Part shown: in pieces, positions 25,254 to 36,421 of the stretch
Layout: every line of letters begins with the position of its first letter
How positions within the stretch are numbered: position 1 is the stretch's first letter
Origin: Pholidichthys leucotaenia
Taxonomy: Eukaryota
Assembly: GCA_020510985.1 (NCBI GenBank)
Contig: CM035838.1
Coordinates: 342,515,700-342,579,699 of the forward strand
Direction: 5' to 3'
DNA: 64,000 nt
The notes under the pieces: model-generated
Told to the model about the DNA's origin: nothing
Database searches by the model: none
What the model saw: only the letters and a program-made list of their open reading frames with translations
Position numbers and translations under genes: made by a program

Positions 25254-25991
25254 TCACGGGTGCGCCAGAAAATGAATCGAGTCAAAGACGCGGCGGCGCC
25301 ACGCGGCCGGTACCGCAAGACGCGGTCGCCCAGTGGAGACATCGCAGATTAGGGGGAGCGTACCGTCTTGCAGCACCCTGTTCTCCAGCCTTAACCCTGT
25401 TGGTCCAGACTGGAGCGCGCGCACGTCCGCGTCGCTAACCTGATCCGCGGCCATGGCTGCATAATCTATCCCTACGCGGACTGGGGCCGCCACGGCGCGC
25501 GGGAGACAGTCTGCCACTACATTAAGTTTACCCGCCACATGCTGAATATCGGTAGTAAACTCTGAGATAGCGGCCAGCTGTCTTTGCTGCCGGCCTGACC
25601 ACGGTTCTGAAACCTTGGCCATCGCGAATGTCAGCGGCTTGTGGTCAACGAACGCGGTGAAACGGCGTCCCTCCAGCCAGAACTGGAAGTGGCAAATGGC
25701 CAAGTGGAGAGCTAACAACTCCCTGTCGAATGCGCTGTATTTTCGTTCACTATCGCGCAAAGTCCTGCTGAAAAAGGCGAGCGGCTGCCAAGCCCCGGCT
25801 ACATGCTGCTCCACGACCGCCCCTATGGCCACATCTGACGCGTCAGTAGTGAGCGCTATGCAGGCCGTTGGGTCTGGATGTGCTAACAATGCAGCGTTTG
25901 CCAGGGCTGTTTTGACCTCCGAGAATGCTCGCTCTCGCTCCAGAGACCATTCGATCTTATTTGTGGGTTTTTGTTTTTTTGAGTGCGGCAT
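25254..25991 (-). CDS. Retrotransposon RNase H region
   Basis: TDASDVAIGAVVEQ...[13 protein letters not shown]. Confidence 0.75.
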   Translation of the reverse strand: MPHSKKQKPTNKIEWSLERERAFSEVKTALANAALLAHPDPTACIALTTDASDVAIGAVVEQHVAGAWQPLAFFSRTLRDSERKYSAFDRELLALHLAICHFQFWLEGRRFTAFVDHKPLTFAMAKVSEPWSGRQQRQLAAISEFTTDIQHVAGKLNVVADCLPRAVAAPVRVGIDYAAMAADQVSDADVRALQSGPTGLRLENRVLQDGTLPLICDVSTGRPRLAVPAAWRRRVFDSIHFLAHP

Positions 25992-26782
25992 ACAATGGTT
26001 GCGTGAGCTGCGCTGCGCGGGGGAGGAAACGGTTATAAAAATTCACCATTCCCAAAAACTCCTGTAACGCCTTGACCGTTTGTGGCTGGGGAAAATTTGC
26101 TACAGCGCGCAGTTTGTCAGGCAGCGGAACCGCTCCTTCTGGAGAGACGCGATGCCCCAAAAAAATCAATCTGCGTCACCCCGAACTGACACTTCGCTGG
26201 GTTGATTATTAAACCATGCTCTCCCAACCTCCGGAAAACTGCCGTGAGGTGTTTTTCGTGTTCGTCTTCGGACGCGCTGGCTACTAAGATGTCGTCCAGG
26301 TAGATGAATACGAAGGGGAGATCACGCAACACCGCTTCCATCATGCGTTGGAACGTCTGTGCAGCGCCTTTAAATCCAAACGGCATGCGCAAAAACTCGA
26401 ATAGCCCAAACGGAGTTATCACCGCTGTTTTGGGTATGTCCTCAGCGCACACTGGGACTTGGTGGTAACCGCGGACCAAGTCTACCTTACAAAAAACGCG
26501 CGCCCCCGCCAAATGAACGGAAAAATCTTGGATATGCGGGATTGGGTAGCGGTCGTGCGCTGTAGCGTTGTTCAACCTGCGGAAATCTCTGCAAGGTCGC
26601 CACGAGCCGTCAGCTTTCGGGACCATGTGAAGCGGGGAAGCCCATGGGCTGTTCGAACGCCTGATGATGCCCAACCTTTCCAGGTTGGCGAACTCCTCGT
26701 GCGCTATGGTCAGTTTAGCTGAATCCAAGCGCCGAGCTTTTGCAAAAACGGGCGGCCCGGTGGTAGTAATAAAATGTTCCAC
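25957..26782 (-). CDS. Retrotransposon reverse transcriptase (two frameshifted ORFs)
   Basis: [36 protein letters not shown] and [13 protein letters not shown]. The frameshift lies near 26117-26169. Confidence 0.8.
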
Positions 26783-26881
26783 CCCGTGTTTAGCGACGGC
26801 TGCTGAAAATGTGGGAACCGTGAGTGCTGGGAACTGAGTGAGCAGTGTGTGGAACTTACCGCTTGCAGCTGTGACGTATAC

Positions 26882-27304
26882 TCAGGCTGTACAGGGAATA
26901 GAATAAAAAGAAAGTGCATTAACCAGGCGCCTGTTAGCAAGATCAACCAACAAACCATGTGAGCACAGAAAATCAGCCCCCAACATATTGAAATTCACTG
27001 CAGCTATGACAAAAGTCCACTCAAATGTACGGCCGTGTAGGGACATAAGCAGAGTCCTCTCACCAAAGGTCTTAATCTCCGAGCCGTTCGCTGCTGACAC
27101 CCCAGGACCTCTGGAAACCGCCAGCCGGTCAGCGGAGGAAGGTGTGATGAAACTCAACTGGGAGCCTGTGTCCACGAGAAAATGCCTCCCCAAGCGCGCA
27201 TCCTTCAAGTAGAGCAGCTTGTTCTCCTCCCCGAGGGCCGCAGCTGCTACCGACCCCCGGTCTTGGCGTTTCCCGAGAGCTTGAACTGGCACGGTGGTAT
27301 ACAT
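26882..27304 (-). CDS. Retrotransposon aspartic protease
   Basis: FLVDTGSQLSFI (DTG active site). Confidence 0.7.
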   Translation of the reverse strand: MYTTVPVQALGKRQDRGSVAAAALGEENKLLYLKDARLGRHFLVDTGSQLSFITPSSADRLAVSRGPGVSAANGSEIKTFGERTLLMSLHGRTFEWTFVIAAVNFNMLGADFLCSHGLLVDLANRRLVNALSFYSIPCTA

Positions 27305-28029
27305 TTGCGTGCCTTCTCTGCAAAGCGGCGATGGTAGAAACAGAGGATGTCTTCTCCATGATCCTTGGCCCCCGCCACCGCTGTCGTCGGTGGTTCTGCT
27401 ACTGCCGTCTCTGGCCCCCCGCCATCTCCGGCCATCGTGCTGAACTCCGTCGCTGCTGCGGTGGCAGCGCGCCGTTTGCTGGCGTTGAGAATCCAGTGCG
27501 CTTCCTGGGCCAGCGCGCGGAAGTCCCGCTGGGCCAACAATGGCAAGCTGGCCAGGGTCGCTCTCATGGCCGATGGTAGGGTCCTGAGGAAAATGTGGGT
27601 GAAGATGAAGTCGTCGTTGTCTGAGCCCCTCAACCTCAGCATGTCCTCCATCAGGTCAATGGGCGTGCCATCTCCCAAGTCGTTCAGAGCCAGGAGCCTC
27701 TCCGCTCTCTCCTCGACTGAGAGAGTGAAACGCTGGATGAGTGCAGCCTTCAACCCGCCGTATTTGTCGTTGGCCGGTGGCCGCTCCAATATGCTCTGCA
27801 CATGCCGAGCCGTGCGGTTGTCGAGCTTTGCAATCACATGGTAGAACTTCGTGTCATTTACCGTTATCCCCCGGAGGGCGAATTGTGCTTCGACCAAGTG
27901 GAACCAGGAGCACGGGTTGTCTTGCCAAAAGTCCGGTAGCTGGACCGTAGCGGCATACGCTTGGCTGGGAGCTCCTGACTCGGCTGGCCCGGGGGACTTT
28001 CTTTTGTCCATGATACGTCTTAGGGTCAC
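27247..28029 (-). CDS. Retrotransposon gag-like protein with no recognisable CCHC knuckle
   Basis: 260-aa ORF starting just inside the primer-binding site (MDKRKSPGPA...). Homologous to the gag of copy 3. Confidence 0.6.
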   Translation of the reverse strand: MTLRRIMDKRKSPGPAESGAPSQAYAATVQLPDFWQDNPCSWFHLVEAQFALRGITVNDTKFYHVIAKLDNRTARHVQSILERPPANDKYGGLKAALIQRFTLSVEERAERLLALNDLGDGTPIDLMEDMLRLRGSDNDDFIFTHIFLRTLPSAMRATLASLPLLAQRDFRALAQEAHWILNASKRRAATAAATEFSTMAGDGGGPETAVAEPPTTAVAGAKDHGEDILCFYHRRFAEKARKCIPPCQFKLSGNAKTGGR

Positions 28030-28590
28030 CAGTGTGGAAATGTGAAAATGACGAGGCAGAGTTTATCCCACGAGTCAGGTTTATTCACATCTTCCAACAT
28101 CAGCAAAGCAGAAAGAGGAAAAAACATAGACATTCGTCCTTTATATATCCAGGACCTTCAAAGCTCACAGTCACATTGCCTTTAATCACAAGTAACAGTG
28201 CATCTTCTCTGAGATCCCATAACCCCCACATAGTCTCTGGCAGACCAGGAAATCCCCCCATCTCCTGCATACCAAAGACTAAATTTTCACATCCTCCTGT
28301 TATCTCCAAGGAGACCCAGTTCTTTGTTCTCTCTGAGATGTGAAGCTTAAAGTGATACACGTGTCCCACACGTTCATCATTTTAGCAAGTTAACTCTGCA
28401 CATTCAATTTTATCTCTTTGACCACATTTACAGACGTGGCGACAAGCCACAGCTTTATCACCACCTTTAACCATTTAATTATTCACCGACACCAACTGCA
28501 TTGTACATTTTCAATCAGCCACGATACAGGTCCAGTTCAAGTAAAGACGGAATTAGAAGTTGAAAGAATTACAGGGAGACATTTTCTCAC

Positions 28591-28827
28591 CTTCACCACC
28601 TTCTTCTGACCCAGCTGAGGTTTACCATCAGGGCCGACTGGGTCCAGGACCACACAGTACTGCCTGCTGTTCAGTGTGGTCACATTCACCACACCCACCA
28701 CCTCCTCTGCTACAGAGGGGATGTGAGCCTCCCTGTCGGCCATGGTAACCAGCCACTCTTCCCCAGTACGGCGGTCACGTCCCCCGGCGTCTTTGAAGGC
28801 CCGCAACGCGCGGACATGGAGCGCTTT
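28591..28827 (-). CDS. mvp: MVP exon: [79 protein letters not shown]
   Basis: Acceptor cctgttttcag, donor GTGAAG|gtgaga. Strong match to human ...[60 protein letters not shown]. Confidence 0.9.
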
Positions 28828-30639
28828 CTGAAAACAGGGAGATGGAAAGAGAGTTTGTCACTGTGTGAGCAACAGATCTGCCTGCAGGAAGGCAGGTGTC
28901 TACAATTTAATGAGCTGATCTTAAACGAACTGAATCATAGAAATGTAACACCAAGTTATAAAATCAGATGTTTATAAAGTTTAATGTTTTGAAATGAAGT
29001 GTTTTAAAACAAGTTAATCATCAGTGTGGCCATTAAAATGCCTGCGGGCCCAACTACAGCAGCCCTGAAGGGCAAGTCCCACCAAAAAAAAGAAATCACA
29101 ACCGCAAACTAGAAGATTTGCACTTCTTGAAGAAAATCCAGTGTGGGTGCTGCAACGTGAAAATGAGTTCCGGCTACAAAAAAGGATGAAAGCTATAACA
29201 GACACAAAGAAGCTTAAACCTAAAAAAAAAAAAAAAATAGCTTAAAATCTTAGATCTTACACAGCTCAAAGATGATCCAAGTTAATTTAAAGGAAACAGG
29301 TGAAAATTGACCAAAGCAGTGTTGCCAACTCTCACTCTTTGTGAGACTCACTCCTTGGCCCTCTTTCACTCCCTCACTCCACACCCCATTTCTCACTCTA
29401 AAATGACAGAGGCCTTCAAATGTGGTAAATATTACTGTGAGAGCTATATTGTGTGTAGACCACAGTTTTTCTGCTTTTTCTGAGCCAACGACATTTTATA
29501 TAGGAAAAAAATTCATGGGACACCTCCAACCAAAACGGTTACAAAATGACACTGTAGCCAATTACAGTATACTGTATGTAATAAATCAAAGCATTACCTA
29601 TATAGCATTTTTCAAACAAAAAGTTGTAACACAAAGTGCATCACACATTGAAACAAAACTCAATTAATCCTCCCCACACAAAAAAAACCCCAACTTTTGT
29701 CTGTGCGAGACTTATGGCTAAGCACCGAGGATCCAGGTGTGGAAGCACCATCACTGGGGAGCCATCACCAGCAGGGAAAGTGCCAAGTCCACGGCTACAG
29801 GAACACCACCTCTGAGACCGCCCAAGTCCAAACCGAGTGGTCGACACCGCAGGCGTGGCGCCGCAGTGCACAAATCCCTCAGCCGGGTAGACCAGAGCAA
29901 TCACAGGCCGGCACCCTGCAGCCAGAAAACAGGCACAGTTCCCTGTGGAAGGGCTCCCTATGAGGAAACACTGGAGCTTGGACAGGATGATAAAAATCAC
30001 TGATAAATAATAAGATAATTTCCTGGTAAAAGGAAAAAAAAAAAAAAAAAAAAAAAAAAAACCACTTGAATACAATCAGACATAAATCCAGATGTCATAA
30101 TAATGACAATGATATTGTCATTATTATGACCGTATTAGTAATGACAGTTTAGGCTGTGTGTCCACTGAGCACACCGTCTATTTTCTGTTCAGTGCCCTTG
30201 GAGTAAAAATGCCCTCAGTGATGAGTGTTTTGTGTCGCTACACTCAAGACACAGAAAGTTGAACAAAGCTCAACTTTTTGAGCAGGCACTGCATCACTAA
30301 TAAGTGGCACACCTCTAATCCTCTGATCAGGATTATACTAAAAGGACACCATGATCATTATTTAACAGAAGCTTGGAGGGATGTAGGTGTTCACACCAGT
30401 TTGATGCAGTTTAGTGCAGTTAGAGAGCTTGAGGGTATCTTGTAAAGTAAAGTATCTTGTTTTTTGTGGTGCTGGACACAAAGTGACACACACACGGCCC
30501 CACTGTGCACACGCGCACACATAAACAAACCGCATCTCTTCATCTGCTCACTGAAAAATAATGCATAACCTAAATGCTCATTAGAGATGGGCTGAGCTGA
30601 TATTTGGCATCAGCTCAGCCACCGAGGGCCACCAAGGGC

Positions 30640-30955
30640 AACTTGGTGGCACAGTGGTTAGCACTGTGGCAGCACAGTAAGAAGGTCACAGGATCGATCC
30701 CACCCCCGATCATCAGTGACCCTTCTGTGTAGAGTCTGCTTGTTCTCCCCGTGTCTGTGTGGGTTTACTCCGGGTAGTCCAGTTTCCTCCCACAGGCCAA
30801 AAACATGCAGGTTAGGTTAACTGGAGACTCTAAAGTGGCCCTAGGTGTGAATGTGTGTGTGAATGGTGAAGGGATTGGCGCCGCACCATAGCTGCCTCAT
30901 CCATCCACGTGGATGCCCTGAGCTTCCCCTTTGTGGGACCAATAAAGGACTACAA
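30640..30955 (+). mobile_element. tRNA-derived SINE (related head, different tail)
   Basis: ggcaacttggtggcacagtggttagcactg...ggatcgatccc head, then cctgagcttcccctttgtgggaccaataaagg. Confidence 0.55.
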
Positions 30956-31974
30956 AATAAAAATATTGTATCAGATTCAGACAAAATGACTGGATCTGTA
31001 TCGGGGAGGGGAAAAAAATTTAATTTAAGAATGAGCCATTAAAACCAAAACAGCTTTAAAATTGCTCTACATTCTGAAAGCATCTATCCAACACTGGCTC
31101 TCCCTGCACAGCAACGGCTGCAGCGCTGCCATTGCTGAGGAGTCTGCATGCAGAGATGCAATGTTAGAGGCAAGATGTTTAAGAGTTTTTTTTAGGATTA
31201 CAAAAAGCAATGAAAACTAAATAAAATATATAATTGCAAACAAAAACATAATTAAAAATAAACAGACTTATAGACAAGTGGATAACCGATTTGATCCATT
31301 CTGCATATTTAACTCTTCATAAAATCTTTAAACTACTGACAGAGTGAATGCTCTTGCTATAGAGAACATCTTTGTTGGTTACTCCGGTAGCCTAAATTTC
31401 GTCTTTGGGAGGATAAAAATGTTCTGAAATAATTTCAAACAAAAGTAGGATTAAAGAGAAGCTCACATCTCTCCGATGTCTGACGGTGAGGTCAGCTGTT
31501 AATTGTTACGTTATTCTAAAAAAAAAAAAAGGAAAAAAAATGTTTTTGTCTGTTCAGGCATGTTAACTTGCACAGAGCAGACATTTTCTCCACCAAGATA
31601 TTTCAATCAATCATAATTAGATGTTACAGAAAATGACTAAAATAGAACTTGATGTTAGAGCGGTGATGAAAGATTTCTGACTGGTATTAGGGCTTCAGGT
31701 CAGACTTAAAATCATGCTGGGGATAAACTCACATCTTTTATAAATTTATTTTTCCTGTGATGTCTTCAGAGTTCAGACTGGCCTTTGCAATTTATTGACT
31801 GATTTTTAAAAAATGATAACATTGAGGTACTATTTGATATTCGTGTCCATACTGCATATATTCAATTGATCGGCCTGCTGCTGTTTGGAGGCATTAAAAT
31901 TAACACCGTGACCTTTCTGCTGTTAACAATCTGTTGCTGATATATAAACGTTACAGCTTAATAACTTCTATTAT

Positions 31975-31978
<4 letters not shown>

Positions 31979-32035
<57 letters not shown>
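31979..32035. repeat. (TG)n microsatellite
   Basis: Visible dinucleotide run. Confidence 0.95.
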
Positions 32036-32038
<3 letters not shown>

Positions 32039-32838
32039 ATACACCCATACCCCTTTGGTGCAGTTGTAAGAGTGCAGTTTTATAACCAACATCTCCAACC
32101 TTAAACACTTAAAGAAATACCAGGGAAAGGAGTAAGCTGAATTTATTCAGGCCACAAGCTGCATATCGGTTTTGTATTGTATCGGCCGATAGCCAAATTT
32201 TAAAATAATGGATTGGGCATTAAAAAGCTGCATCATTACATCCCTAATGCTCACCCTGTATTAATTAAAAGGAATTGTTTTTAAATAAATATGTGAATAT
32301 GAAAGCTTTGAGCCAATATGGAAAAAATTATGACAGATGCGTAAAATGCTGGTGCATTTTACAACCCTGTCTGTTAAAACAGCGGACAACAATCAGCAGC
32401 AACTGAACTATACAGATCGGTGTATTCTAGTCAGCCACTGATCTGTGCAGAGTTGGACAGGGCAAGAAAATTCAAAGACTTGTGCCAGTGACTCAACTAT
32501 AATGGAATATACAGTAGATCAGTGGGACATCAGCAATGTGAGGACATGGAACTGGACAAACTGGAGAAATGCAGAGTTATCTGCAGGGATCAGACCCTGG
32601 TTGGTGCAGTTTGAAAAAAGCCATCCAAGGTTGCTTAGGTGTTAAAACAACTTAAACTACGGTTGGTGGGCTGAAATTACGTGTTCCTTTAGTATATAAA
32701 TCATTTGCAACAACTAAATAATTTTTGGACAATTAAGTAAAACTGGATAATTTCCCCCTGCACACCTGATGATTTGTCATGACACACTGGTGTTCTGCGG
32801 CACAGTGGTTGAAAGGCTGATGTAGACTTCCTTTAGAT

Positions 32839-32953
32839 CAGGGGTCGCCAACCTTTTTGAAACCAAGAGCTACTTCATGGGTACCGAGTCATGTGAAGGG
32901 CTACCAGCTTGACACACTCCTCTAAAATAACAAATTGTATATTATATTTATAT

Positions 32954-33040
<87 letters not shown>

Positions 33041-33975
33041 AATAAATAGTTAATTATCAATAACTTAGAGTGGGTAACAGATAAGATCAATATTCAACAC
33101 TTTATTTTTATTAATCTCAGCAATTGTTCAGATGATCACTTCTACATTTCATTAAAAAAAAATGTCCAGTTTTCACCAGTCCCTTTTAACCGTAAAAAAC
33201 TAAACCCTTTTAACAATTCATGAACTATGTTGAACCATGTTTGAAAAAGTTGCCCAACATTTAAGAAAAATCAACTTTCATATTAAATAAATCTTATCAC
33301 ATTTTTAACTGAACAAATCTGCTGCAATTCTGCTCAAAATCTGTTACATTTAATAAACACACTTTTGTGTGTTCTTCTTCACTGGAATTATATCCATACA
33401 GTTGTTGCCAAGAATCATGCTGGAGTAATAATAACCAGCGCTGTCCTTTCATGAGAAGAAGCTGAACAGCGCTGAGAGTGGGCAGCAGGTTCACACTCTG
33501 AGTGCACCGTCGCCACAGTCGCCCCGCAAATGAAACACACGCAGCTTCCTTTCACGGTAGTAAAAAAGAACTCTTCCTCCCATTCACTTTGAAAATGATA
33601 CATTTTCTGTCTTTTTTTTGCCATGTTTTTGGGCTAGGAAACTGCACTCCGCTCACCATCTTCACTGCCCGCTAGCTTACTCTCCACAAGCGCGAAGGTT
33701 TTGTCATTCGCACAATACTGACCTTTGAACTAGGTCAGAGTTCACCTTAACTTTACGTATAATAAACATATTTTTATTTTTTTTTATTTTTAAGACATTG
33801 TCATTTTAAAATCTATATAAATGCAAGTGTGATTTTAAAGAATAGCAGCAGAAAAAATTACATCTTAGACGCAGCTCACTTGCGAGTCGTGCTATTCTTA
33901 GAACAGGCCTGCGGGCGACTCTTGTGGTCCTTGCGGGCGACATGGTGCCCGCGGGCACCGTGTTGGTGACCCCTG
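32839..33975. mobile_element. Non-autonomous hAT-type DNA element (about 1.1 kb) with 8-bp TSD CTTTAGAT
   Basis: TIRs caggggtcgccaacc and ggttggtgacccctg. The identical octamer CTTTAGAT lies at 32831-32838 and 33976-33983. The interior has (ta)n and (ca)n microsatellites and no ORF. Confidence 0.7.
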
Positions 33976-34539
33976 CTTTAGATTTTTACGAAATAAGGCA
34001 GCTCTCAACTGTCGAGGTATAAAGGAGCCAAAGTCACACCCCCTCTACTTCCACGTGTGGGCCTTACGTCAAAAAACAAAATCTCCATTGGAGTGAATGG
34101 CAAGAGAGAAATTCTTTTGATCCTGACTGAATTTTACTATGAGTAACACATTTATCAATTTAAAAGATAAATTTCCACCCAATTAAAGCTGTAGGTTGGC
34201 AGCTCTGTGAAATGCTAAATAAAACTATAATGCTCAAAATGTGCTAGCTTAAGCTAAAACGTTCTAACCTTCCACAATGTTAGCATAAAAGCAAAAGAGG
34301 TTAAAGTTGGAAAAAATTAGTGTATAAACACAGAATAAAAACTTGAAGCTCAAAAGGCTATCTTACAATATGAAGCTTTTAGCCTTAAAACCTGATTGAG
34401 CTCAAAGGATGAACTTCTCACAGTTTACTTTATATTTTTTAGCTAAAAAAAAAGTGTGAATATTATCAAAGTAAGAAGGATATGGAGTAGAAAAATACTG
34501 GCGGCTGCCAGTGGTACTCCTCAGCTTCTTTGCTGTTGA

Positions 34540-34900
34540 GATGTAGTTTATATGGCCTTTTGACCTTGACCTTCGACCTTGCAATACCAAAACCATAAGC
34601 AGGTCAGGGTGAACCTGTCTACAAAGTTTAGTGACCCTAGCTTCACTCGTTCTATAGCAATAGGGCACAGGGGAAACCAACCATGACCTTTGACCCCAAA
34701 CCTACAGTCAGCGGTCAGGGTCTCAGGGTGAACATGTGTACAGAGTGTGGTGACCCTAGGTTTCATTGTTGTTGATTTATAGTTTATATGGTATTTTGAC
34801 CTTTGACCCCAAACCCATAGATATAGGTCAGGGTCCTAAGGTAAACCGGGGTTCCAAGTTTGGTGCCATTAGCTTTACTCGTCCTCATTTGGTTTTGCCA
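34540..34900. repeat. Tandem repeat of about 125 bp, 3 units (tttatatggcc/tattttgacctttgacc...ggtcagggt...gtgaccctag)
   Basis: Direct visual periodicity. Confidence 0.7.
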
Positions 34901-34989
34901 GGGGTCCGCATTCGTTTTTCCCATTGGGCCAGAGGTCAATGCTAACATGATGCATGGGCAGATATTTCATTTTGATGTTGGGAGGGACA

Positions 34990-35275
34990 ATAAACAGAAC
35001 ACTGGGGGCAGCTGTGCCGCAGGTGTAGTGTGGCCGACTACTGATCGGAGGGTCAGGGGTTCGATTCCCGCTCTGTCTGCAGTCTGTATGTCGAAGTGTC
35101 CTTGAGCAAGACACTGAACCCCCAGTTGCTCCTGGTGGGTCATGCCAGCGCCTTGCATGGCAGCTCTGCCGCCATCAGTATGTGAATGTGTGGATAGCAG
35201 GATCTCTAAAGCGCTTTAGTCATCTAGTGATGAGGAAAAGCACTGTATAAATGAACACCATTTACCATTTTCTCC
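34990..35275 (+). mobile_element. tRNA-derived SINE of a second family
   Basis: A and B box-like head (gtagtgtggccgactactgatcggagggtcaggggttcgattcccgc) and a tail ...gcgctttagtcatctagtgatgaggaaaagcactgtataaatgaacaccatttacc. Confidence 0.6.
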
Positions 35276-35289
35276 AGAGTAAATATTGA

Positions 35290-35540
35290 AGGGATATTTT
35301 AAGTATTATTGGAGTCAGTCACAAATTTATGAGAAATAATGTACAAATGTACACTTATGGGAAAAAAGCTGCAAATTTACAAGAAAAAAAGTCAAATTTA
35401 TGAGAAAGAAAACTGCAAATTTACAAGAAATTGTTGCAAATTTACAAAAAAAGTCAAGTTTACGAGAAAGAAGTTGCAAAGTCATGAGTAAAACATGTAA
35501 ATTTAAAAGAAAAATGCCTCAAATTTATTAGGAAAGGGTT
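35290..35540 (+). repeat. Minisatellite of about 23 bp ((a)gttgcaaatttacaagaaa, about 9 units)
   Basis: Visible periodicity. An inverted copy of the same family lies at 52120-52490. Confidence 0.7.
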
Positions 35541-36376
35541 AATTAAGGCTAGTTAAGCAAATATAAATGTTCTTCAAAAGCTGAAAAAAATGATACCAGA
35601 ATTAAGTTTCCAACAAATACAAAGTTTCTAGTAAAATATACAGGATAGTGATAGCAAGAAAAAAAAATGATTGACTCAAGCAGTAATGTTGATGTTTAAC
35701 ACCATTCACACAAACTGTGAGAAGTTGCAGAGATGTCAGGTAAGCAGAGCTTGGCAAAGAGTGAGAACAGTATGGGTCAAATATAACAGTCCCTCCAGGA
35801 TTTCACGGGATGTTTTTATGATTGTTGCGGCCCAAAAAGCCTGAATTTGTAGGAGCTTTTTTTTTTTTTTTTTTTAAAAAGCGTTGCGATAAAAGTTGTA
35901 ATTTTTTAGTGTTTTTTGCACTAAAAGCTGTGGGAAGAATTACAAATTTTAAAGCAGATGGTTTTTTTTTTTCCCAGTTTACTGCAGTGATATTCTATAT
36001 AACAATACAAGAAAAACACATGTTTGTCAAAAATTTCCTATTATAGTGATTTGTAAATTCAGCAGAAACTTCTGCTATACAGAACAACTCTTGTGCAACA
36101 GCAAATACAAACATTAATACAGTCTAATAGCCATTACAACAGCTAAATTGCATTGAATGTATGTTAAAGAGTAGAGATTTGGAAATAATTGGCAGCACCT
36201 TCATTTGAAAACTCCCTACAATCCCCAACCACTTGGTACCGAGTGGAGAGGAAAAAATAATTTATTCTGATGCTGTGTTGGCTATAGGAGTCTGTGTTTT
36301 CTGAAAAAAATACAAAGAATATTCTCTCTCTTTCCATGCGTAACTCCTACCTGTCTGTCTGCTGCAGGTCGGTCTT

Positions 36377-36380
<4 letters not shown>

Positions 36381-36416
<36 letters not shown>
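36381..36416. repeat. (CA)n microsatellite
   Basis: Visible run. Confidence 0.95.

Positions 36417-36421
<5 letters not shown>

Larger units (their letters stand above)
23700..28370 (-). mobile_element. Complete Ty3/Gypsy-like LTR retrotransposon (copy 2) inside mvp intron 6, in the same orientation as the gene
   Basis: LTRs at 23700-24047 and 28033-28370 (TG...CA), roughly 98-99% identical apart from an 8-bp duplication. 4-bp TSD CGTT at 23696-23699 and 28371-28374. The primer-binding site TGGTGACCCTAAGACG follows the 5' LTR and a poly-purine tract precedes the 3' LTR. Internal gag-PR-RT-RH-INT ORFs are broken by frameshifts. Confidence 0.85.

Noticed and set aside
30093-30131. Perfect 17-bp-arm hairpin (gtcataataatgacaat / attgtcattattatgac).
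   Set aside because: It is short, AT-rich and isolated. It is probably a chance palindrome and is too small to call a MITE.
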